Positions 24,253 to 32,895 of a stretch of DNA of 64,000 bases are shown piece after piece. The first letter of the stretch is position 1. Each line of letters starts with the position of its first letter. The position numbers and the translations under genes were made by a program. The notes beneath the pieces were generated by a model. It saw nothing but the letters and a program-made list of their open reading frames with translations. It searched no databases and was not told the origin of the DNA. The stretch covers positions 1,824,001-1,888,000 of the forward strand of contig CAWHIJ010000003.1 of NCBI GenBank assembly GCA_963829525.1, in the 5' to 3' direction. The stretch is from an uncultured Actinomycetota bacterium (GTDB lineage Bacteria > Actinomycetota > Actinomycetes > JAHEKZ01).

Positions 24253-25016
24253 TCGATGTCACTCCTCAACCAGCGGCAGCCCCCAGGCTCAGCAGAGTGT
24301 TGGCCCACGCCCGACTCGAGCTCACGATGCTCATGCGCAATGGCGAGCAGCTGCTCCTCACAGTGGTGCTGCCCGTCGGGTTGCTTCTGGTTCTCACGCT
24401 TACCGAGATCATCGACATCGGTGGCGACACCCGACTGCAACGCCTGGGCCTCGTCGTCCCCAGCATGTTCGCCCTCGCGGTGTTATCCACGTCCTTCACT
24501 GCCCTGGCGATCCAGACCGGCTTCGAGCGGCGATACGGCGTTTTACGCCGTATCGGCACGACCCCGCTCTCGAAGGGCGACATTCTGGCCGGCAAAGCGG
24601 TCGCCGTGCTGGCAATAGAGGCCGCCCAGGTCGTGGCGCTGGGCGCGTTGGGTGCTGCGCTCGGATGGCGACCAGACCCGGTTGGCCTGCTCTTGGCAGT
24701 GCCGCTGATCCTCCTCGGCAGCGCCACCCTCGCCTCGTTGGCACTTCTTCTGGCCGGCGTCGTACGGGCCGAGGCCACGCTGGCCGTCGCCAACCTCGCC
24801 TATTTGGTGCTGGCCAGCGCTGGAGTCGTCGTCCCGGTCGCCAAGGCTCCTTCGAGTATTCAGCCGCTGCTCGATTTGCTCCCGTCGGCAGCCCTTGCCG
24901 AGAGCCTGCGAATGGCAACGATCGCCGGCACCGTCGACTGGTCCTTGGTCCTCGTACTCGTGGTGTGGTGCGCCGCCGGCACTTTGGCCGTCGGTCGCTG
25001 GTTCCAGTGGGACTGA
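24249..25016 (+). CDS. ABC-2 type permease (Rv1457c-like)
   Basis: RNGEQLLL, AIQTGFERRYGVLRRIGTTPL; about 6 TM segments. Confidence 0.92.
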   Translation: MIDVTPQPAAAPRLSRVLAHARLELTMLMRNGEQLLLTVVLPVGLLLVLTLTEIIDIGGDTRLQRLGLVVPSMFALAVLSTSFTALAIQTGFERRYGVLRRIGTTPLSKGDILAGKAVAVLAIEAAQVVALGALGAALGWRPDPVGLLLAVPLILLGSATLASLALLLAGVVRAEATLAVANLAYLVLASAGVVVPVAKAPSSIQPLLDLLPSAALAESLRMATIAGTVDWSLVLVLVVWCAAGTLAVGRWFQWD

Positions 25017-25062
25017 GCCCGTTCTCGACGCCAGGCCAGGCGAAAACTTGTTCAGATGTTGT

Positions 25063-25089
25063 GCATCCATGCCCAGCCCGTCGGGAGAA
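25063..25089 (+). promoter_or_regulatory. Possible SigK-like ECF promoter of the DUF4397 operon
   Basis: GCATCC-N16-GAGAA, resembling the mycobacterial SigK CCATCC/CCGAA consensus, preceded by an A-rich tract. Confidence 0.4.
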
Positions 25090-25148
25090 GAGAGGCGTAT
25101 CAGACGGTCAGCCGGACGGGCGCCGTCACCGACGAGGGAGTCTGCTCC

Positions 25149-25961
25149 ATGTCAGCATCACGTACCCGCCGCGCAGGGGCCGTCTTGGCTCTTGCGCTCC
25201 CCCTAGCCTTGTTCCCCTTGGCATCTGCCAACGCAGCCGAAGACGCCCAGGTCTCAGTGCTCCACGGCATCCCAGACCTGACCGTTGATGTCTACGTCAA
25301 TGGCGACCTGACGCTCGACGACTTCAAGCCGGGCGACCTTGCCGGGCCGCTAGCCCTTCCGGCTGACACGTACTCCGTCGAGATCACCGACGCCAAGGAC
25401 AAGAAGACCGTGCTTCTCGGCCCGGCAGACGTCACCGTTGCCGCGGGCGGCAACTACACGATTGTCGCCAACCTGGATGCAAAGGGAAACCCGACGGTCA
25501 CCCCGTTTGAGAACGACATCTCCGAGGTTGCAGCAGGCGAGGCGCGGGTGACCGTTCGCCACGTGGCTGCAGCGCCGAAGGTCAACATCGAGGCGAACGG
25601 TGACGTCCTGGCTCCCGGACTCGTCAACGGTGACGAGGCTGTGGCAGATGTGCCAGCCGACTCCTATGACGTCGCGATCGTTCCGGCCAGCGGCGGAGCC
25701 GCTGTCTGGCAAGAGAATGTCGACCTTGCGGAGGGCGTGAACACGATCGCCTATGCGTGGGGATCGCTTGCCGATGGTTCCTTCGCCGTCGCGGTGCAGA
25801 CCATCGATGGCCTGCACTCGGCCCCGGGTGCGGTGCACGCCGGCGAGGTCGGGCTCGCTGACGGTGGTGCCGGCACCAGCCCATGGTTGATCGGTGCACT
25901 CGTTGGGTCACTCCTGGTCGGATCGGCCGCGGCTGTTCGCCTCGTCCAGGTCCGCAGCTAG
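25149..25961 (+). CDS. DUF4397 domain secreted protein with C-terminal sortase-type anchor
   Basis: Signal peptide ending ANA-A; VSVLHGIPDLTVDVYVNG and VTVRHVAAAPKV repeats; APGAVHAG + TM + basic tail. Confidence 0.85.
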   Translation: MSASRTRRAGAVLALALPLALFPLASANAAEDAQVSVLHGIPDLTVDVYVNGDLTLDDFKPGDLAGPLALPADTYSVEITDAKDKKTVLLGPADVTVAAGGNYTIVANLDAKGNPTVTPFENDISEVAAGEARVTVRHVAAAPKVNIEANGDVLAPGLVNGDEAVADVPADSYDVAIVPASGGAAVWQENVDLAEGVNTIAYAWGSLADGSFAVAVQTIDGLHSAPGAVHAGEVGLADGGAGTSPWLIGALVGSLLVGSAAAVRLVQVRS

Positions 25962-25989
25962 TCGGTCTCGTACCGGACAGCTGACGACC

Positions 25990-26676
25990 ATGCGTCGGAC
26001 ACGCTCCACTGTCACCGCGGCGGCCGCACTTGCGGTCGCCGCGGTGACAGCCGTGTCCGCATCGGTGGCGTTAGCCACGGCCGGTAGCAACGATCGCCCT
26101 GAGTTCGAGCGATCACCGGCCGCCAGCGAGACCTCAGAGCCGACGCAATCTCCTGAGAGACGGGGCGGCTCTGAGCGGCACGGCTCAGCACCGACAACGT
26201 CCGCCCAGATTCTGGATACCGCAGCGGAAAGCCCGGCGCCCACACGTCTGACCATCAACGCACTCGACGTAGACGCCCCCGTTGTTCCCTCTGGCGTCAC
26301 CAGAGCTGGAAACGCCGAGATACCGGGCGACGGTGACGTGGTGGGCTGGTACGAGTTCGGTAGTTCCCCCGGTGACACCGAGGGAAGCGCGGTGCTGATC
26401 GGGCACCGCGACACCGAGGCCGAGGGGCCAGGCGCGCTCTTCGACCTCGACATGATCGAGCGCGGCGACACCATCACCGTTCGTTCGGGCAAGACCCAGT
26501 TCCGGTATGTCGTCGTTGCGCTCCGAAGCATCGACAAGGACGGGCTCCCTAGCACCCTCTTCCGGCGAGGTGGGCCGCACCAACTCGTTGTGATTACCTG
26601 CGGAGGCGCCTACATTCCCGAAGCTGGCGGCTACCAGGAGAACCTGATTGCAGTCGCAGTCCCGGAGGACCGATGA
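25990..26676 (+). CDS. Class F sortase
   Basis: VGWY..GSSPG, LIGHRD, LVVITCGG, YQENLIAVA; N-terminal anchor. Confidence 0.9.
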   Translation: MRRTRSTVTAAAALAVAAVTAVSASVALATAGSNDRPEFERSPAASETSEPTQSPERRGGSERHGSAPTTSAQILDTAAESPAPTRLTINALDVDAPVVPSGVTRAGNAEIPGDGDVVGWYEFGSSPGDTEGSAVLIGHRDTEAEGPGALFDLDMIERGDTITVRSGKTQFRYVVVALRSIDKDGLPSTLFRRGGPHQLVVITCGGAYIPEAGGYQENLIAVAVPEDR

Positions 26677-27332
26677 GCTCATCGGTCCTTCTACGGTTCC
26701 CGAATCGCGCTACCGTGGTTGACGTGGATCCGCCCTCAGTGGCGGACGGCCCCCTGGGAGGGTCGTCCGGCCCCCCTCGAGACTCGGTGACCGACAGCGC
26801 GGTCGGCGTCGCGTTTGCCGATGGTCAGGAGTGGGCGCTGGAGGAGGCATACCGCCGCTGGGGAGCATTGATCCACTCGGTCGCGCAGCGAGCCACCGGC
26901 AGCACACATGATGCCGACGATGTCGTGCAGGCCGTGTTCGTGTCCGCGTGGCGCGGCAGACACCGCTACTCGCCCGACCATGCCGCCCTTCCCGCCTGGC
27001 TCTTGGGAATCACCAAGCGACGGGTCGCCGACCACTGGGAATCACGCACCCGAGAACAACGTCGCATTGATGCTGCTGGACGTGCATCCGAATTGGTCCC
27101 TGCGGCTGAAGACTCTTTGGAGAAGGTCGCTGACCGGGTGCTCATCGCCGATGAGCTCTCGCGTCTTGACCAGCCACAGAAAGAGATCATGGAACTTGCG
27201 TTCTTCGACGACCTGACGCACCACCAGATCGCCGAACGCCTCGCAATGCCCCTGGGAACGGTCAAGAGCCACATTCGGCGCAGCCTGATGCGCCTGAGGA
27301 GCAGATTGGAGGTCGACGGTGTCGCAGTCTGA
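26673..27332 (+). CDS. ECF RNA polymerase sigma factor (SigK-like)
   Basis: DADDVVQAVFVSAW, WLLGITKRRVAD, LTHHQIAERLAMPLGTVKSHIRR; alternative leaderless start at GTG 26724 (TACCGT 7 nt upstream). Confidence 0.92.
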   Translation: MSSSVLLRFPNRATVVDVDPPSVADGPLGGSSGPPRDSVTDSAVGVAFADGQEWALEEAYRRWGALIHSVAQRATGSTHDADDVVQAVFVSAWRGRHRYSPDHAALPAWLLGITKRRVADHWESRTREQRRIDAAGRASELVPAAEDSLEKVADRVLIADELSRLDQPQKEIMELAFFDDLTHHQIAERLAMPLGTVKSHIRRSLMRLRSRLEVDGVAV

Positions 27333-28071
27333 GATCCATGCCCCGGTCGACCTCCTGGCCTTGCACGCCATGGGCGATCCGCTCCCTGACGCCATCGGCC
27401 GTCACGTGGCCGGCTGTCGCCAGTGCCAGGCCGAGCTCAATCAGTGGTCGGAGGTCATCGACACAGCACGCTCGACGACGGCTGACGATGTGCCACGCAG
27501 TCCGTCTCCTGAGGTCTGGCAGGCGATTACCGATGAACTTGGCCTCCTCTCGACCGCCCAAGAGCCGTCCAGCTCGTCAGCCCCGGTCGCGCAGGTTGTT
27601 TCGATCGACAATCGGCACCGCCGCTGGCCAACGAGCTGGCTCGTTGCTGCCTCAGTTGCCGGAATCCTCGGTGGCGCGCTTCTCACCGCTGGTGGCGTTG
27701 CGCTCAACGACTCCGAGCCCGAACCGCAGCCGGTCGCCGGTCCTGTTGTCGCCAGCACGTCACTCGCGGCTCTGCCGAAGCACGAGGGGGGTGGGGAAGC
27801 AGAGATCGTTTCCACCCCGAACGGTAAAGAGCTCGTCGTCGACGTATCAAACTTAAGTACCGGAGACGGCTTCTACGAAGTGTGGCTGATCGATCCCGAG
27901 ACCTTTCAGATGATCGGCCTCGGGGCCCTGGCCAACGATGCGGGTCGGTTCCCGATCCCCGATGGTCTCGACCTCAGCCAATACACCGTCGTCGACGTGT
28001 CGTTGGAGCCCTTCGACGGAGATCCGGTGCACTCACGCGACTCGGTGGTCCGAGGAGAGCTTTCTACCTGA
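27319..28071 (+). CDS. Membrane anti-sigma factor with ZAS motif and RskA-like C-terminal domain
   Basis: HVAGCRQC (HxxxCxxC), one TM, YEVWLI...VVDVSLEP. Confidence 0.88.
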   Translation: MSQSEIHAPVDLLALHAMGDPLPDAIGRHVAGCRQCQAELNQWSEVIDTARSTTADDVPRSPSPEVWQAITDELGLLSTAQEPSSSSAPVAQVVSIDNRHRRWPTSWLVAASVAGILGGALLTAGGVALNDSEPEPQPVAGPVVASTSLAALPKHEGGGEAEIVSTPNGKELVVDVSNLSTGDGFYEVWLIDPETFQMIGLGALANDAGRFPIPDGLDLSQYTVVDVSLEPFDGDPVHSRDSVVRGELST

Positions 28072-28089
28072 CGCAGTTACCCTGACCTG

Positions 28090-29136
28090 GTGACCGCACC
28101 ATCGTTTGAAGCCCTGCCAGCGGCTCAGTCAGTTGCTGAGCCAGGTGTCGCGGGTCAATCGCGAAGCCGGGCTGTCGGCACCGTTGGTCGGCGCATCCTG
28201 TTTGCGAACGTGGTTGCCGAAGTTGGGATCGTCGTCACCGGTGGCCTGGTCCGACTCACTGGCTCAGGTCTGGGGTGTCCAACCTGGCCCGAGTGCACTG
28301 ACGACAGCCTCGTCCCCGTTACGTCACAGTCGGAGGGCTTCCACAAGTTCATCGAGTTCGGCAACCGCCTCCTGACCTTCGCGGTGCTGATCGCGGCCGT
28401 GGCTGCACTGGTCGTGGTTCTCCGGCCATGGCTCGCCAAGCGGCTCCCCGGCATTTCTTTGCTCGGCGAGCCTGGACCGGTACGCCGTCCACTCGTGGGG
28501 ATGGCTGTTGCTGTCAACCTCGGGATCGTCGCTCAAGCTGCACTCGGTGGCATTACCGTGCTGCTCAATTTGAACCCTGCAGTCGTCGCTGCCCACTTCT
28601 TGCTCTCGATGGCGATGATTGCAGCCGCCTATCTGCTGTACCGTCGCGGCTCCGACCCAGGTGATCGGCCCATGACCATCGTCGTACGACAAGAACTGCG
28701 TTGGGTCGCTTATGCCCTGGTTGTCTTCTGCGTCGCAGTCCTGGTGCTCGGCACCGTCGTGACCGGTTCGGGACCGCACTCGGGCGACGCAGATGCGATC
28801 GCCAGGTTCGGTCTCGACGTCCGCATGGTCAGCTGGCTGCACGCCGACATGGTGATGCTCTTCCTGGGTCTGGCCCTCGCCTACACTCTCGGCGCGCGCC
28901 TGTCCGCCGCTCCCAGCCATGCCATGCGTGCTGGACTTGCTCTGTTGTTGGCTTGTCTGGCGCAGGGTGCGATCGGGTACACCCAATACTTCACTGGCGT
29001 ACCTGTCCCCTTGGTTTCGCTGCACATGCTCGGAGCATGCCTGGTGTGGGTGGCAACGCTGGAAGTTCTGGTCAGCACCCGCACCCGGGGAGCCACCACC
29101 GAACGCGCGGCCGAGCGCTCAGTCGTCGTCTCCTGA
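28090..29136 (+). CDS. ctaA: Heme A synthase (COX15/CtaA)
   Basis: GGLVRLTGSGLGCPTWPEC, IEFGNR, AAHFLLS, VTGSGPHSGD. Confidence 0.93.
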   Translation: MTAPSFEALPAAQSVAEPGVAGQSRSRAVGTVGRRILFANVVAEVGIVVTGGLVRLTGSGLGCPTWPECTDDSLVPVTSQSEGFHKFIEFGNRLLTFAVLIAAVAALVVVLRPWLAKRLPGISLLGEPGPVRRPLVGMAVAVNLGIVAQAALGGITVLLNLNPAVVAAHFLLSMAMIAAAYLLYRRGSDPGDRPMTIVVRQELRWVAYALVVFCVAVLVLGTVVTGSGPHSGDADAIARFGLDVRMVSWLHADMVMLFLGLALAYTLGARLSAAPSHAMRAGLALLLACLAQGAIGYTQYFTGVPVPLVSLHMLGACLVWVATLEVLVSTRTRGATTERAAERSVVVS

Positions 29137-29724
29137 GCTGTTGTCCACCTGGCTGATGCCCGACGGCACCCCCGAGATGCAACGCACCTGGAGCGTTACC
29201 TCATTGGAGCTACTCGCGAACTTGATCTCGGCCTCGGCCGCCGGCCCGCGCTGTACCTCGTCGACGCGGTAGCCAACCGCGGGACTCCAAGACCTCAGGG
29301 TCACCGAGCCCGAAGTGCAGGCTGCCACGACACTGCCACCACGGGAGGCGATGGTGCGCGCGACCGTCTTGGGCGCTGAACTGGACGACTTCGTCGGCGC
29401 TGGTTTCGGAGAGGATGAGCTCGTTGGGGCCTGCGACGGCTTGGTGGTCGACTGAGATGTCGGCTGCTGTGTCTCCTTGCCTGTTGGCTTGCTGCTGGGC
29501 TTGTTTAGTGGCTTCGGCTTGGTGGGGGACGACTTATCGGGGGTCGGCGTGGCCGCGGGACCGGCCGTCGAAAGGCGTGACGCCACCTCACCTGAACTGA
29601 GGACGGGCATGGACGCCGGTGTCACGGCGTTTCCGACCATCTGAACGGCGACCCAGCCACTCACAATGGCGACGACAACGAACGCCACCCATAGGGCCGT
29701 CGTTCCTGCTCGCGACCTCGGCAT
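29119..29724 (-). CDS. Exported or membrane-anchored hypothetical protein with Pro/Ser/Thr/Lys-rich linker
   Basis: N-terminal hydrophobic segment; C-terminal SRGGSVVAAC...SWSPAVGY...C domain; start ATG 29724 with CACACT 6 nt upstream. Confidence 0.75.
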   Translation of the reverse strand: MPRSRAGTTALWVAFVVVAIVSGWVAVQMVGNAVTPASMPVLSSGEVASRLSTAGPAATPTPDKSSPTKPKPLNKPSSKPTGKETQQPTSQSTTKPSQAPTSSSSPKPAPTKSSSSAPKTVARTIASRGGSVVAACTSGSVTLRSWSPAVGYRVDEVQRGPAAEAEIKFASSSNEVTLQVRCISGVPSGISQVDNSSGDDD

Positions 29725-29784
29725 ACCTCCAGTGTGCGCCCTGCTGCCCACCGAACAGAGCACCGGGGCAGATACGCTCAGAAC

Positions 29785-30471
29785 GTGGCTCACGTATTGG
29801 TCATCGAGGACGACCCTTCCATCCGCACTGCCGTCCTCCGCGCCCTGGACGACCTCGGCCACGCCGTCACCAGCGCCCCCGACGCCCTGACGGGCCTCCG
29901 CTCTGCCGTCGAAGAGGCCCCGGACATCATCGTGCTCGATCTGGGCCTGCCCGACCTCGACGGTTCTGAAGTTCTCCGGATGTTACGGGCCGTCAGCGAG
30001 ATACCCGTCATTGTGGCAACGGCGCGAGACGATGACCCCACGGCTGTTCGGGCGCTAAATGCCGGAGCCGACGACTTCCTCGCCAAACCCTTTACCGCCG
30101 CCCAGCTCGACGCCCGCATTCGCGCCGTTCTGCGCCGGTCGCAGGCACCCGGGACACCGAGTGATCTGGTCGTCGACGGCCTTCGGCTCTCCCCTACCGG
30201 ACGCACAGCCCTGCTGGATGGAGAGTCGCTGGATCTGACGCCACGGGAGTTCGACCTCCTGCACTACCTGATGGAGCGCCCTAACGTCGTGGTCGGCAAG
30301 CGGGAGCTCATGACAGAGGTCTGGCAATTGCCGCCCTCCGGCGCCGACAAGACTGTTGACGTTCACCTGTCCTGGCTGCGACGCAAGCTGGGCGAGACGG
30401 CAGCCGAGCCGCGGTTGCTGCACACGGTGCGGGGTGTGGGCATCAAGCTCGCACCGCCGGCCGAGGGCTGA
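29785..30471 (+). CDS. OmpR-family response regulator
   Basis: VIEDD, LDLGLPDLDG, GADDFLAKPF, LTPREFDLL, TVDVHLSWLRRKL; TACGCT -10 6 nt upstream. Confidence 0.94.
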   Translation: MAHVLVIEDDPSIRTAVLRALDDLGHAVTSAPDALTGLRSAVEEAPDIIVLDLGLPDLDGSEVLRMLRAVSEIPVIVATARDDDPTAVRALNAGADDFLAKPFTAAQLDARIRAVLRRSQAPGTPSDLVVDGLRLSPTGRTALLDGESLDLTPREFDLLHYLMERPNVVVGKRELMTEVWQLPPSGADKTVDVHLSWLRRKLGETAAEPRLLHTVRGVGIKLAPPAEG

Positions 30472-30474
30472 CCG

Positions 30475-31752
30475 TTGCGTCGGCGCCTCCTCCTGACGGT
30501 CACCGCCACCTCGGTTCTGATCCTGCTGGCCTTCCTCGTCCCGTTGGCCATTTTGGTTCAGTCGGTCGCGGAGACTCGCGCCACTTCGGCTGCCATTCTC
30601 CGGGTGCAGTCGTTGGTCCCCTTCGTGGGGGAAGCGTCGCGGAACGACCTCGAGCGCACCGTCGATCTCATCAACGCCGACGCCGGACCCCCGGTGACCG
30701 TCATCCTGCCTAGGACCGGTCAGGTCGGGGCACCGGCGCCCAGCTCCGATGCGGTCAAACTGGCCCTCACGGGCCGGACGGTCGTGGTCGACACCGAGGC
30801 GGGCCGCGAGGTTGCCGTGCCGATCGGCGGCCTCAAGGACGGAACAGCCGTCATCCGCGTCCTCGTCGGCCAGGACCAGCTCAACGAAGGGGTGCTCCGG
30901 GCCCGCCTGGCGCTCTTGGGACTGGCCATCATTCTTCTCTTGCTTGCCATCGCCGTCGGGGACACCCTCGCCCGATCGTTCGTTCGACCCCTCGAGGCAG
31001 CCGCCGACACCGCAGGACGTCTCGCCGGTGGTGACCTCGACGCCCGGGTCACCCCAGCAGGCCCTCCGGAGACTCGGTCGGTCGCCATCGCGCTCAACCG
31101 TCTCGCGGCGCGGATTATCGATCTCCTCCACGCTGAGCGTGAGGCCGTCGCTGATCTGAGCCACCGGCTGCGCACACCGGTCACAGCGCTGCGGCTGGAC
31201 GTTGAGTCTTTGCCGCCTGGTCCCGATCGAGAGCGCTTGGCCGATGATGTCGGCTCACTGACACGCTCGATCGATGCGGTGATCAACGAGGCCCGCCGAC
31301 CCATCCGCGAGGGGATCGACGGTCGCTGCGATGCGACCGAGGTGGTGGGATCACGAATCGCGTTCTGGTCGGCACTCGCCGAGGACGAGGCGCGTCCGGT
31401 CCAAACCTCCCTGCCGACCGAGCCCGCCGTGGTGGCCAGCACGGGGACAGACCTCGCCGCAACCGTCGATGCCTTGCTCGGGAACATCTTTGCCCACACC
31501 CCGGCCGGAACGCCGTTCAGCGTCACCCTGGTCAAGGTTGGCGACGGCGCAGTGCTCACGGTTGCGGACTCGGGCCCGGGGTGGCGCCTGGCTCACCCTG
31601 AGGGCCGCGGCCGGTCCAGCGCCGGATCTACCGGGCTCGGACTGGACATCGCAGCTCGTACGGCAGCTGCGTCAGGCGGAGGATTGGAGCGGCACGAGGG
31701 CGGCGATGGCGGCGCGATCGTGACCGTTCGCCTCGGCGGAGCTGGTGACTAG
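30475..31752 (+). CDS. HAMP-domain sensor histidine kinase
   Basis: Two TM segments, H-box DLSHRLRTP, N-box LLGN, DSGPG, GSTGLGL. Confidence 0.92.
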   Translation: MRRRLLLTVTATSVLILLAFLVPLAILVQSVAETRATSAAILRVQSLVPFVGEASRNDLERTVDLINADAGPPVTVILPRTGQVGAPAPSSDAVKLALTGRTVVVDTEAGREVAVPIGGLKDGTAVIRVLVGQDQLNEGVLRARLALLGLAIILLLLAIAVGDTLARSFVRPLEAAADTAGRLAGGDLDARVTPAGPPETRSVAIALNRLAARIIDLLHAEREAVADLSHRLRTPVTALRLDVESLPPGPDRERLADDVGSLTRSIDAVINEARRPIREGIDGRCDATEVVGSRIAFWSALAEDEARPVQTSLPTEPAVVASTGTDLAATVDALLGNIFAHTPAGTPFSVTLVKVGDGAVLTVADSGPGWRLAHPEGRGRSSAGSTGLGLDIAARTAAASGGGLERHEGGDGGAIVTVRLGGAGD

Positions 31753-31757
31753 GTCGC

Positions 31758-32762
31758 TCAGAACGTGGGAAGCAGCGGGTCGACCCCGACCATCACGAAG
31801 AGCAGCGTCAAATAGGTGATCGACCAGTGGAAGAGCCGCATGGGGCGCCATTGGGCCTCCGGCAGCCCGGAGAGCACGCGGCGTCGTAACCCGATAACCG
31901 AGCCGAGGAAGACCGCGCCCAGAACCACAGCGACTGCCAGGTAGGCGATGGTCATTCCCGCAACCGGCCACAACACCAAAGACGCCGCGATCATTGCCAG
32001 CGAGTGCCCGACCATGCGTCGGACGACGACGCGGGGCTCGGCCACCACTGGCAGCATGGGGACCCCGGCCGCCGCGTAGTCATCGCGGAATTTCAAGGCC
32101 AGTGCCCAGAAGTGCGGAGGTGTCCACCAGAACACCACACCGAACAGGATCCATGCCGGCCAAGCCAGGCTGCCGGTGACCGCTGCCCAACCGATGAGAA
32201 CCGGCATGCAGCCGGCGATCCCGCCCCACACGATGTTGGACGCAGTACGTCGCTTGAGACCAAGCGTGTAGACGACTACGTAAAACACGATGGCGAAAAG
32301 GGTGAGGCCAGTTGCCAACGGGTTGACCAGTGACATCACCCAGAGCGCGGCAACACCGAGAAGCAGCCCGAAGATCAAGGCCGCGCGTGGGCTGACCTTG
32401 TGCGTAGCCAGTGGTCGATTGCCTGTGCGCGTCATCACCTCATCGATGTCACGATCGACAAAGCAGTTGAGGCTGTTGGCCGACCCGGCCGCCAGACTGC
32501 CGCCCAGGAAAGTTGCCAGGACGAGGGTGAGCGACGGCACGCCCCCCGCGGCCAGGAACATCGTCGGAACCGTCGTCACCAAGAGCAACTCGATGATGCG
32601 GGGTTTGGTGAGTGCAACGTAGGCACCGATGGTGGCCCAGACCTGCCGACCACGGCCAGGGGTCGCCGCTCCAGCGGCAGGGCCCTGGCCGACCGAGCCC
32701 GCCGAGCCGACCGAGCCGACCGAGCCGACGGGGGAACCGGTATCGGCGACGGTCACGTCCAC
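31758..32762 (-). CDS. ctaB: Protoheme IX farnesyltransferase (heme O synthase)
   Basis: [46 protein letters not shown]. Confidence 0.95.
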   Translation of the reverse strand: MDVTVADTGSPVGSVGSVGSAGSVGQGPAAGAATPGRGRQVWATIGAYVALTKPRIIELLLVTTVPTMFLAAGGVPSLTLVLATFLGGSLAAGSANSLNCFVDRDIDEVMTRTGNRPLATHKVSPRAALIFGLLLGVAALWVMSLVNPLATGLTLFAIVFYVVVYTLGLKRRTASNIVWGGIAGCMPVLIGWAAVTGSLAWPAWILFGVVFWWTPPHFWALALKFRDDYAAAGVPMLPVVAEPRVVVRRMVGHSLAMIAASLVLWPVAGMTIAYLAVAVVLGAVFLGSVIGLRRRVLSGLPEAQWRPMRLFHWSITYLTLLFVMVGVDPLLPTF

Positions 32763-32866
32763 CTCGGCTCGCTGATCGGATCGGCTCTAGGGGATCTGCA
32801 CCTCAGGGCCGCTTTCGACTCGTCAGCGCGGAACTAATCCGAGGGTTTGGGCCCCGGATCGACCAT

Positions 32867-32886
32867 CAGTCTATCCCGGTAGGCTG
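32867..32886. promoter_or_regulatory. Symmetric divergent -10 elements for ctaB (TAGACT) and tkt (TAGGCT)
   Basis: CAGTCTA-TCCCGG-TAGGCTG near-palindrome between the divergent genes. Confidence 0.55.
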
Positions 32887-32895
32887 AGATGTCAG

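Noticed and set aside
32689-32730. 9-bp repeats encoding [13 protein letters not shown] at the ctaB N-terminus
   Set aside because: Simple in-frame slippage in a non-conserved, disordered leader
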